From Mytilus trossulus (lineage: Eukaryota), in NCBI RefSeq assembly GCF_036588685.1, contig NC_086381.1, positions 58,466,001 to 58,530,000 on the forward strand: 64,000 nt of DNA, in the 5' to 3' direction. This document shows positions 53,825 through 64,000 of the stretch, one piece after another. The translations under genes and the position numbers were made by a program. The notes beneath the pieces are model-generated. The model was not told where the DNA came from, did not search any database, and saw only the letters and a program-made list of their open reading frames with translations. How positions within the stretch are numbered: position 1 is the stretch's first letter; each line of letters begins with the position of its first letter.

Positions 53825-54174
53825 CTGATTTGGAGAACATTGTAAGCAGCAACTGTACAGTATATCAAAGAAATCCTGAGAAGATTATTGACTGATTGGT
53901 AGTGACTTGTGTTCAGTGACAAATATTACATGAATACATGTTCAGAATGATCACTTGTTCATACAAAACTGTCATAGAAAGATACTCTGCAATAATGGAG
54001 TAGTAAGCAGCAGTATCAAAACAACACTCGTAGCTTGTTTAGTCAAATTCCAGAATAGTAAACAACAAACTGATCTTACCTTCTTAAAATTTTATGTTTT
54101 CATGTCCAACAATAGTAGAGGGGTAATATATTTTTGGTCTGCATCCATTCGTTTGTCCGTCCATATGTTCTGCT

Positions 54175-55373
54175 CAGGCCTGGGGTAATGGTAATTTGTA
54201 ATTGTAATGCATTGTAATATTACATTTTTTGGATGTAATGCAAAGTAATTTGTAATACACATTTTCTGCATTACAATTACATGTAATGTAATGATTACTT
54301 TATTTAAAAATTGATGTAATGCCTCCATTACAGTACATTACTTTTCATTACAAATTGGAAAAATAGATAAAATTGAAGAATATTGTATAATAAAAATAAA
54401 ATATTAACAAAAACAAAAGAAAGTATGGAATCAAATTTTTGTCACAGTTAATTACTGTATTAAATAAATGACATCTATCTTTAAAACACACATTAAGGTA
54501 AGAAATATAAAATGGTAAAAAATATCAAGTCTTTGATCTTGGTTTCTGATATTTGTTAAATATTATATGAGAATATTTTGGTGTTTGGTGGTCTATGAAA
54601 AATCTTATTAAAAAATTATCAAACAAAACTATATAGATCAATGAAAAATATATGAAGATGAAAATTTCATAATTCTATACACACCTTACATGTATTTCAA
54701 TGAAATATTGAATATATCAAACAACATTTTTAAACCAAACTGTGGTTTGGGTCCCGTATTTTTTACCACCACCTAACATCCTAAGAAACTTGAAAGTGAC
54801 TTTTTCAGTTTTATGCCTCCTACTACTCAATCAAAGGGTATAGACACAGGTACGGTGCAGTACATGATGTTGACATCTACTTGTCTAAGCCATGTGAAGA
54901 AATTTCAATCAATGCACTGGAATAATGAAAGTCAAATTCAGTGTGCCTTTCTTCTTTGGCTTATACAGCTATCAAGTATTTAGCCATTTCCCACAGAATT
55001 TCCCACTTTCCTGTAGAAAGGCTTTAAAGGATTGCCAGAAAGGTGAAAAAAGAACTGATCGCTGTTCTCTTAATGGCATCACATTTAAACAACTTATGAT
55101 GATAAAGTGCAATGGACATATTAATTAACCAGTATTTGAAGTCTATGTACCTATCACTGTATACATATGTATTTATACCTCTGTTTTTGAAATGTTTTTT
55201 GTTTTTATATTGAAAAAGTAATGTGTAATGTAATGCATTACACAGGCAAAGTAATTGTAATGTAATGCATTACATGTGAGAAAAAATGTAATTGTAATTG
55301 TAATTGTAATGGAAGAATCACAAAGTAATTGTAATGTAATGCATTACATTGCAATGTAATGGCCCCAGGCCTG
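54175..55373. mobile_element. hAT-type non-autonomous element with 8-bp TSD
   Basis: TIR CAGGCCTGGGG / CCCCAGGCCTG; GTTCTGCT duplicated at 54167-54174 and 55374-55381; subterminal TGTAAT/ATTACA arrays. Confidence 0.9.
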
Positions 55374-56618
55374 GTTCTGCTACAGGTTAAAGTTTTAGTC
55401 AATGTAGTTTTTGATGAAGTTGAAGTCCAATCAATTTGAAACTTAGTACACATGTTCCCTTTGATGTATGATATGATCTTTCTAGTTTTGATGCCAAATC
55501 AGAGTTTTGATCCCGATTTTCCTTTCCACCGAATAAGAAAATAATAGTGCATGCAAGTGGGGCATCTGTGTATTAGGGACACATTCTTGTTATTGATACA
55601 CTGTTGTGTCCATTGTTGGTTGACAATGTTTGAACATGTTCATTTTTTCTCACAAAGGAAGAGGATGATGGTGGTTGTGTAGACATGTAGAGGTTATCTG
55701 AGCAACACGACAAGTGTCACATGTGGAGCAGGATCTGATTACCCTTCTGGAGCACCTGAGAGCACCTCAGTGTTTCGTGTTGCCTAGTCTTTAGTTTTCT
55801 ATGTTGTGTCTTGTGTACTATTATTTTTGTGTTTGCCTTATTTTTCTCACTATGGCGTTGTTATGTTTATTTTCGATATACATGTATATGAGTTTGACAG
55901 TCTCTCTCAGTGGTATCTTTCTGCCATCTTTTATTGTAACTGTATAAAAATCATTATGCATTTCAGAAGCATTGCTGGTTGTACAACTACATGTGCCCTA
56001 CAGTTTATACTCACCAGGCCTGACATCAATATGTATAATAATATGTTGAGACTGGAAATGTATTTGGGAATTTCCAAACTGGCAAAAAGACAACAACCTA
56101 ACCACAGAGCAGAAAACAGCGCAAGGTCGTCAGTGGGTCTTCAACACAACAAGAAAATCCTGCACCTGGAGGCGAGCTTCAACAAAAATGAGTACTAGTT
56201 CAGTGAATATGGACATCATTGGTAATCATGGCAATGATACCATCTTTTCTTTTTTATAATCACACTTAACTCCTAAACATATAAATGAACTTATTATAAT
56301 AGATTCAAAAACATATAAGACTAACAAAGGCCAGTGGCTTTAGACTTGAGACAGGCACACAAATGTGGCAGGATTAAACATGTCTTGTGAGATCTCAACC
56401 ATTGTCAACCCTTTCCTATACATCTATAGCTAATGTAAAATAAACCAACATACAGCAATTAATGAACATACATCATGTACATCATTCATTCATTTGTACA
56501 TGTTGATTTTCTTTCTTTTGAAAGTACATTGTATCAGCAAAAACTATTGTCAGTATATTGAGATTGCATTGTACAATGTTGTATGGCATAACAAAGGGTT
56601 CAGAAGTTCAGTTAACAA

Positions 56619-56782
56619 TTTTTGTTTTGGCTTATAACATGTATAATAATTCAAAATACTACAATGAACTGTTTTTGTTTTGGCTTATAACATGTATAAT
56701 AATTCAAAATACTACAATGAACTGTTTTTGTTTTGGCTTATAACATGTATAATAATTCAAAATACTACAATGAACTGTTTTT
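56619..56782. repeat. 53-bp tandem repeat x3 downstream of LSM10
   Basis: TTTTTGTTTTGGCTTATAACATGTATAATAATTCAAAATACTACAATGAACTG three times. Confidence 0.9.
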
Positions 56783-57169
56783 TAGTACATAGCCACATGG
56801 ACATAATATACCTCTGTGGTTGTCATGATTGTATAATTGCCAATACACCTACATGTACAAAATGTACATGCATACATGTATATTTGTATATATATGTATA
56901 ATCAAAGTAGCATGAATATTCACAAGTTAATTTATGCTGCTGTATGCATACTTCTTTGAACTTTTCCAGTGGATTGTTAAATACAGTTTCAAAATATCAG
57001 CATCTCATTACTTCTGCTGTTCTTACTTCTTTGAACATGACACTGTCATGATTGTATAGACAAAATAAGAACATAAGATCTAACATGTCTAACTCCTGGT
57101 TGTGCTGTGCTTGGTATTCTGTACAGTACCACACCCAGTGATCCACATCATTGAAAATATCGTCCAACA

Positions 57170-57616
57170 TCAGTTAGCTGCATCTTTTTTATCAACTGCT
57201 TCTTGAACTTTCAGCAATTTCTGTTCTTTTTCTTCTTTTTTCGTTATTTCTTTTTCTCTTTTCTGTCTCTTCTTTATAACAGCATCACTTATTGCTTTCT
57301 GCATCCGTTGTCGCATTATCCTTTCTTTGTTTACCTCCCAATGAATCGCCTTTTTCATGTCAACTTCGTCTGGAATCTGTACAAATCTTATATTAGGTCC
57401 CTGTATGTAAAATTGTTCGAAGTTGGTCATTTTTCCTGACAATGTTTTGAAGCAAACATTTGACATTGAAACACACATGAATCCGTCAACATAATCAATC
57501 GTTCCTGTCACTGTATGTTCATTCCGTAATTCAACAGTTGTCACCTTTCCTTCAAGCGCTTTTAACAATGAAATAAGAGAATTTTTAATCAGAAATTTCT
57601 GTCGATTGCTTGCCAT
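57170..57616 (-). CDS. LSM10: U7 snRNA-associated Sm-like protein LSm10, single coding exon
   Basis: NSLISLLKALEGKVTTVELRNE...GTIDYVDGFM (Sm1) and FYIQGPNIRFVQIPD (Sm2) match the LSm10 pattern; good start context AAGATGG. Confidence 0.9.
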   Translation of the reverse strand: MASNRQKFLIKNSLISLLKALEGKVTTVELRNEHTVTGTIDYVDGFMCVSMSNVCFKTLSGKMTNFEQFYIQGPNIRFVQIPDEVDMKKAIHWEVNKERIMRQRMQKAISDAVIKKRQKREKEITKKEEKEQKLLKVQEAVDKKDAAN

Positions 57617-57883
57617 CTTTAGGGATTATTACGGTCTAGGGAAAGAAACGAAAACCGCATGGTTAAACATTACGGTTCACCCGTATTTTTCTCCTAATAT
57701 CGATAGGAGAACCTCATAACACAATGAATACTTTAAACAAGTTTATGGATTGCTTGTGGTTAATAATTTATGATGCTTGTTTAGGACGACGCCAATTTTG
57801 ATAAGTTATCAATACATTATCGAATAAATATGTTCTTTTAAAAATATACATGCAGCTAGCGCTGCTATTTTTTGGAATGATTT

Positions 57884-58348
57884 AGGTGTCATACCACCAA
57901 TTAAAATCCCTATCTGTTCAACCAAATTTTGCAATTTTCACAGCTTTCTAAATATTTTACCTTAAGTTTATCTTCATAGAAACCAGATATATCCTGAATT
58001 GTACATGTATCAGCTTTCTACATGCAAATTTTCAACAGATGTTTAAATTCATATAAAAAAGAAAAGGTCTTCCGGATAGAGATACCACTAAATTTAACCC
58101 CTGGTTTTCTGGAAATCTTAAATAAGTATACTATGGAGTGCATTAATCCTCAATTTTGACTGATGCAAACTCATAAACAAGTAAATTTTAGCTCAACATG
58201 GTCTTAATATAATTCTCTTTCACCAAAAGTTTCATTTCTGCCAATTTGTTGGTTAGTTTAAGTAAACAATGACAATCAAAAGCACTAATTTTTTGTCCGA
58301 GTAGGCCTACTTTCACAATTGGAGGGAGAAATTGGTGGTGTGACACCT
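57884..58348. mobile_element. MITE with 19-bp TIRs about 270 bp upstream of the LSM10 start
   Basis: AGGTGTCATACCACCAATT versus AATTGGTGGTGTGACACCT; TSD not resolved. Confidence 0.65.
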
Positions 58349-58579
58349 CTACCCGATACTAAATTTTAGAAAAAAATGCTAATTTCAGTCAGTTGAAAAT
58401 ATTTTAAAATTAATATGGAATTGAAGTTACTGTAAGTGTACATTTTGTGCAGATTATTAATTTATGTCTTATGTAAACATTTAACCATTCAGATCATATC
58501 GTGGCCAATTTTTATTATTTTACATGATGCTTTGCATTTTACCAGCTTTGTAACCATTATGCTTAGTTAACGTTTAATT

Positions 58580-58946
58580 TTTAGCTTTGATATACCTAGT
58601 ATGCTTTTAACTTTAATACCTAGCATGCTTTTAACTTTAATACCTAGTATGCTTTTAACTTTAATCCCGCTTTTAACTTTAATACCTAGTATGCTTTTAG
58701 CTTTAATACCTAATATGCTTTTAACTTTAATACCTAGTATGTTTTTAGCTTTAATACCTAGTATGCTTTTAGCTTTAATACCTAGTATGCTTTTAGCTTT
58801 AATACTTAATATGATTTTAGCTTTAATACTTAATATGCGTTTAGCTTAAATACCTAGTATGCTTTTAGCTTTAATACCTAGTATGCTTTTAGCTTTTATA
58901 CTTAATATGCTTTTAGCTTAAATACCTAGTATGATTTTAGCTTTAA
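58580..58946. repeat. 24-bp minisatellite, about 15 copies
   Basis: Unit TAATACCTAGTATGCTTTTA(G/A)CTT; explains the LLTLIPSM repeat ORF. Confidence 0.92.
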
Positions 58947-60824
58947 TTTTTAATACATAGTTTGCCCTGCTAACAACATACTTACTTATAGTGCTCCATT
59001 TTGTGTTGTATAAATCATTGCATGTGTAATATTATATACTGTATTGTTACGCTATGTATGTAGGTTTAAAGCCCAAAGCTTATGTTATGTCCTTGTTTGA
59101 ACACTATGCCGACTGTAGATAAACCTTGTTGGTCTGCTCTTTGGTCGGGTTCAGTGTTGTCTCTTTGACATATTCCCCATTCCCATTCTCAATTTTATCT
59201 TATTTATTTATTTCTGCAAATTCTATGGTGGTGACAGGGCCGATACGAAGTGTGGGAAATTGTGGACCCCTTTAATAATATTGTTGCCATGTCGCTTATT
59301 TACACATCCCTCCACGAGAAGGGGTACCATTGTTCGATATGGGTACAGACAATATGAGTAAAACACAGATCCGAAGTCCAAGCTTTGCTTACTTGGCGTT
59401 AAGCTCATTGAAATTTGTCTCATGTTTGAAGTTTTATGATATAAATCAACATCGTGACGCTTGGCTAGCGAAGATTAATATGAATAACTGTCTTTATTTA
59501 TTTAAGGGGTACTTCTGTAAATCCTTTATGATTTTTTTGGACAATGTTAATATTCTCTTTTCTATATATTGCAGGACAAAATGAGTCGCTAGTCTTTGAT
59601 TTTGCCAATTTCTCTCTATTCTTTTTATTTTTCAGTTATCATATGTCAAAAACAATCTGTTATGTCTGATAAGATTTGATTTTGGGTCTTTTAAAAGCCA
59701 CTTTTCCAGTTTTTATTGGTGGAGGAAGCTACTCCGCAGAAAACCACCGACTTTCAATAGGAAAACTTAGCGGCAATTCTAGTCAGGGGTTCGCACTCAC
59801 AACCTCAGTGTTGACTGGCTAATCATTACAGTAGTAACTACTTAAACCACTCGGCCACCGAGGACTTTCGAAGGTGATGTCCATAGCTATGTATATTCCT
59901 AGCAATTGCGACTGATGCAAAACATTACAACTTTACTATACACGAGTGTAACTGAAAAAAGTACATACTCGTATTCGGCAGTAAAAAAGAAGGTGAAACT
60001 ATCTGTTTGTATAGTCCTATATAAACGAAAATTGCCCACTATAGTGAATGCGAACGCTATAAGCTCATTGACAAGTTATTTTGAAAAAAGATTTATACAA
60101 AACCGTACTGGGCATATTTTTACATTCATTTCTTTATATTCATTCATTTTTCCAGATATCTTATAAACCTCACGAAAATTGCTAACTACATTATAAGGGA
60201 ACGCTAAGATCAAGTAAATTGAAAGGAGTGAGGGGAGGTTAGAAAAATTACTTAAGATGACTAACATACTCATTTCTTGCCGGCATATACTATAGGCCCT
60301 TTTCTTGATATTTTATAACCGTTTAAGCGATTAAAATATTGTTGCAATACAAGTTCAGCATCTTTAGTCTTCTACATGTATAACTTGCCACTGAAGTCGA
60401 AAAAATACCTGGAGTTATCTTTCTTTTGTTGTGTTATATCTATGAGTTTCGTCCGATTTGAGACATAAGTTCGCAAGTTGTTAACTACGGGAACGGGTGC
60501 TTTACGACCTCGAATTCCCATGGACGAGAGTCATGCTCAGTCGGAACTTAACTACGCAAACAAACTGTATCCACTTGTATTTTTTGTCTATCTGATGAGT
60601 AAAGCCGTTATATAGTTTTTTTTCTTTTGAATTATTTTACATTTGTCTTTTAGGAACCTTTTATAGGTAACTATGCGATCTAGATTTTGCTCATTGTTGA
60701 AGACCGAACGGTGACCTATAATTTTTGATTTCTGAATCATTTGCTCTGAGTTGGCAATAATACCATATCTTCGAATTTCGATATTTGCTGCTTCTCGGAC
60801 TGTCAATAAGTACAACCTCTTGGG

Positions 60825-61030
60825 GTAGGATCTGCTTACCCTTCCGATACACATTAGATCACCCCCAGTTTTTGGTGAGGTTCGTGTTGCTAAGTCTTTA
60901 GTTTTATATGTTGTGTCATGTATACTATATGTGTCTGTTAGTCTTATTTTTCAATTTTAGACATGGCGTTGTCAGTTTATTTTTCGGCCTATGAGTTTGA
61001 CTGTCCCTCTGGTATCTTTAGTCCCTCTTT
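60825..61030 (+). repeat. Interspersed repeat family AGGATCTGCTTACCCTT...GTTCGTGTTGCT...GGTATCTTT (copies about 8750-8910, 38770-38995, 55705-55930; inverted about 24188-24295, 26020-26200)
   Basis: Shared sequence blocks among copies with variable 5' extent. Confidence 0.8.
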
Positions 61031-64000
61031 TGAAATAAATATCAGGTATCCAAAAGTACAACCGTACATGATATAAGCAAACGAAAAAGGGTCACCAATG
61101 GAGTTTTTAAACGTAGTGTATTCTTTCAGAGGTAATCACTGTAAGTAATTATGTTAATCTGGAATAGAATGCTAGTCTACCTTAATCTGGTTCTTGATAC
61201 ACATAATATGGTATTAAGAACAGGAAACAATCCCTTTAACGTTTTGATAAATTAACAAAACAAATCTTAAAATCTCCCAATCGTATAGGTCAATGCAGAG
61301 TTTAAAATAGATTTATTTTAACAATGTATTTAAAAACCGGATCAAAATAGTGTTCCCACACCAGTTCAAACTAACACTGCTTAGAGAAAATCTTCTCCTT
61401 ACCAACATTTTCTGCTTTTCCAATGATAGAAAAAAATCCCAACTTTTATAAGTCAACACTTATTGGAGAACATACCTAGCTATCATCTTAATAATACATT
61501 GTATATTCATGGTTTAGCATGAACTCTTTCCGAATTTGCAAGTACATAAACAATACAAACAAAACAAAATGCGCGTCTCATTTTCAGGAGGTCGTGGGTT
61601 TAATCCCCGGACGGACCTAACATGACTTATAAAAACTGGTATATGCTGATTTTTGTAGGTAAACAATGTAACGAATTATGTTAATCTGATATAGAATGCA
61701 TTTAATACTTTAATATAAACAAACTTGATACAAATAATATGGTATTAAGGTAAAGAAAAGGAAACCAACTATTTTTTACATAAATAAGGCCGTTAGTTTT
61801 CTCGTTTGAATTGTTCTACATTGTCTTATCGGGGCCTTTTATAGCTGACTATGCAGCATGGGCTTTGCTCATTGTCAAAGGCCGTACGGTGCACTATAGT
61901 TGTTAATGTTTGTGTCACTTTGGTCTTTTGTGGATAGTTGTCTCATTGGCATACTACTAGTAGTACTGATAGTACACGAATACAAAATGTATGTTAGTCA
62001 CAAACATTCTCCACCTTCTACAAACTAACGAACCTAAAAAATCAGTAAACAAATCCAACAAACAATGCTCAGTTGGTATGATGAAAATTCAGTGTTACGT
62101 CAAACCGGAAGTGATAACTCTTGCTGATCTGAATATATCGTACGCATTACTTAATGCTCAGTGGATAAACTTTACAATAACTCAAAAGCATCGTTTAGGC
62201 CGGAGGAACGAACGCGCGGAGCGTTAAACAGACAGACGGACGGACAGACAAGCATTTATAGTTAATTATCAAACTGTATCGGTATATTAAAGGACAAACA
62301 AAGATAAAACTTTGACTTTTTCTTTCGATAAGTCATTGTAAAGTAATATCAATCACATTTACTTTAAAAATGGCGCAATACTCTTGGTGATTAGCTTATC
62401 TGTATCGATTATTGCATTTAACAGAATCATTTATCGATTTGCACGTGGCAGTAATCGATTATTTGAATTTTCTATGGTAAATAGAAGTTTAAACTAATCT
62501 GTCATCTGTCAAAATGTTACAACAACACAGTTTCATTCAGTAACACAGTTTTGTTTCTTTTAATTACAAGACATCTTCATTATTGGGAACAACAAACTCA
62601 CACGCAGAGTTATTGCACAGCCACTCTGGCAATTGAGAGAACAAGTACCGATAACTCTGCATGTAGACTGACGAACCGGATGCAACCAAGAGACAATATT
62701 CTGAATAAATAATTAGCAATTTTATTTACATTTTATTTACATACATCTTTTGCACCTTAAAAATAAAAAGAACACATAAAAATACTGTTTAAAACATTCA
62801 TATCATTCAAACATAATTAAGTCAATAAAAATAAGCAAATACTAGTACATGTACATGAACAAATTAAATTAAAAAAATTCGGTCGAGACATCGAGACATC
62901 GGGTGATATGAGTATACTGTATGAAGGGTTTCATGTTAAGAGTATAACAGTTTCAACATCACGTGATCTAAGCACAACCAGAAATGCTGTTGTTTTCATC
63001 ATGTTTCCACGAAATAAAAGGTGATGTGGGTATATTTCAACGGGATAGCAATCCAACGACGTAAAAAAGTTTAAACAAAAACTCAGTTATGCTAAGTTAC
63101 AGTGGTTGATCCAGAACTTGAAATAAGGGGGGGGGGGCACTGCCCGTCATAAGAGTGGACCGATACAGTCATGCTTCACTGATTCCCTATATAATCAACC
63201 AAATTTCTCCTACGAAAAAATGGGATGGCGGTCCTACCAGCCCCCCCCCCCCCCCCCTCCTGGATCCGCCCCTATGAGTTTGTACCATGGTAATGCATGC
63301 AGAATGAGTCCAAATTTATTTCCTTGGTGGAATAATACTTGTTTCACCTATTTTTAGTTCATGTAACTCTCCCTCTAGACCCTCCGTACAGTGTACTAAA
63401 CACAAAAAACAAAAAACAACGATATACATGAAATATATACAGATGCGTATATATACACGTAAATGTATCAATTTTTTTTTAACATTAATTCGAACAACAT
63501 ACAAAATTTTCATCCATTAACGACTTTGTGGACGGAAACCGACAATGTATACTAAAAACTCAAAATATTCTGTGAATATACTATTTATGAAGAACGTTTA
63601 ATAAAAATCGTTGAGCATGGAGTTTAATGAGAACAAAACGATTTTTTTTTTAAAGATTTTATGAATTTAAAAAAATGAGTTGTCCACCAGTTTTGGACTT
63701 TTATTAGGTTTATTAATTATAAACAAAACTTTAAAGTGTCCACTTTATGATAGGAAGAGAACACGTGGACATTATCATGAACAGCTTGAGGAATTTTTCA
63801 AATATTCAAATAAAATCGACAGCAGCTTATAAATACAAAGCAAAATGCAAATAAATTTGAAATGATTAGTTCACAATTCAACTTCCAAAACGTAACACTA
63901 TCTTCGACATGAGACTGAAACAATGAAAAACAATGCTACATATACAATGCAAACATTAACGAAAAAACGCTAAAAATCTTACTTCAACGATGCATTTATA

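Noticed and set aside
58601-58849. Hydrophobic repeat protein (LLTLIPSM)n
   Set aside because: Translation of a 24-bp minisatellite.
60585-60620. Hammerhead ribozyme (CTGATGAG core; also near 21472)
   Set aside because: No appropriately placed stem II-GAAA and closing helices could be found.
261-63513. Remaining 60-130 aa ORFs in the track
   Set aside because: They lie in repeats or antisense to real ORFs, often start at non-ATG codons, and show no domain motifs or splice support.

Overview
AT-rich, intron-containing animal genomic DNA; the C1q-domain gene type and repeat landscape suggest a bivalve mollusc (mussel-like; inferred, not proven). It is not prokaryotic and contains no CRISPR array. 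Five host genes could be reconstructed by hand: the first three coding exons of the Wnt co-receptor LRP5/6 (arrow) on the minus strand (gene runs off the left edge); a divergently transcribed 8-exon tetraspanin; a secreted coiled-coil + C1q-domain gene; an intronless tail-anchored coiled-coil protein; and LSM10. A ~6.5 kb two-ORF non-LTR retrotransposon (RTE-X-like) sits just after the tetraspanin, and a younger 5'-truncated CR1-type LINE is nested in its ORF1. The rest is MITEs, Helentron-like elements, SINEs and tandem repeats, including a 2.2 kb 46-bp satellite that generates spurious long ORFs. Three observations stand out. (1) The tetraspanin has two tandem-duplicated alternative last exons with synonymous-biased divergence, giving C-termini -DDII versus -DLRV, a candidate PDZ-ligand switch. 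(2) LRP5/6 intron 1 carries a consensus TCF HMG site abutting a Helper site within a TCF-site cluster, a candidate Wnt feedback element on the co-receptor. (3) Once the nested insertion is removed, LINE ORF1 and ORF2 are in frame, separated by one UAG, with no AUG before the endonuclease, which suggests gag-pol-like readthrough.
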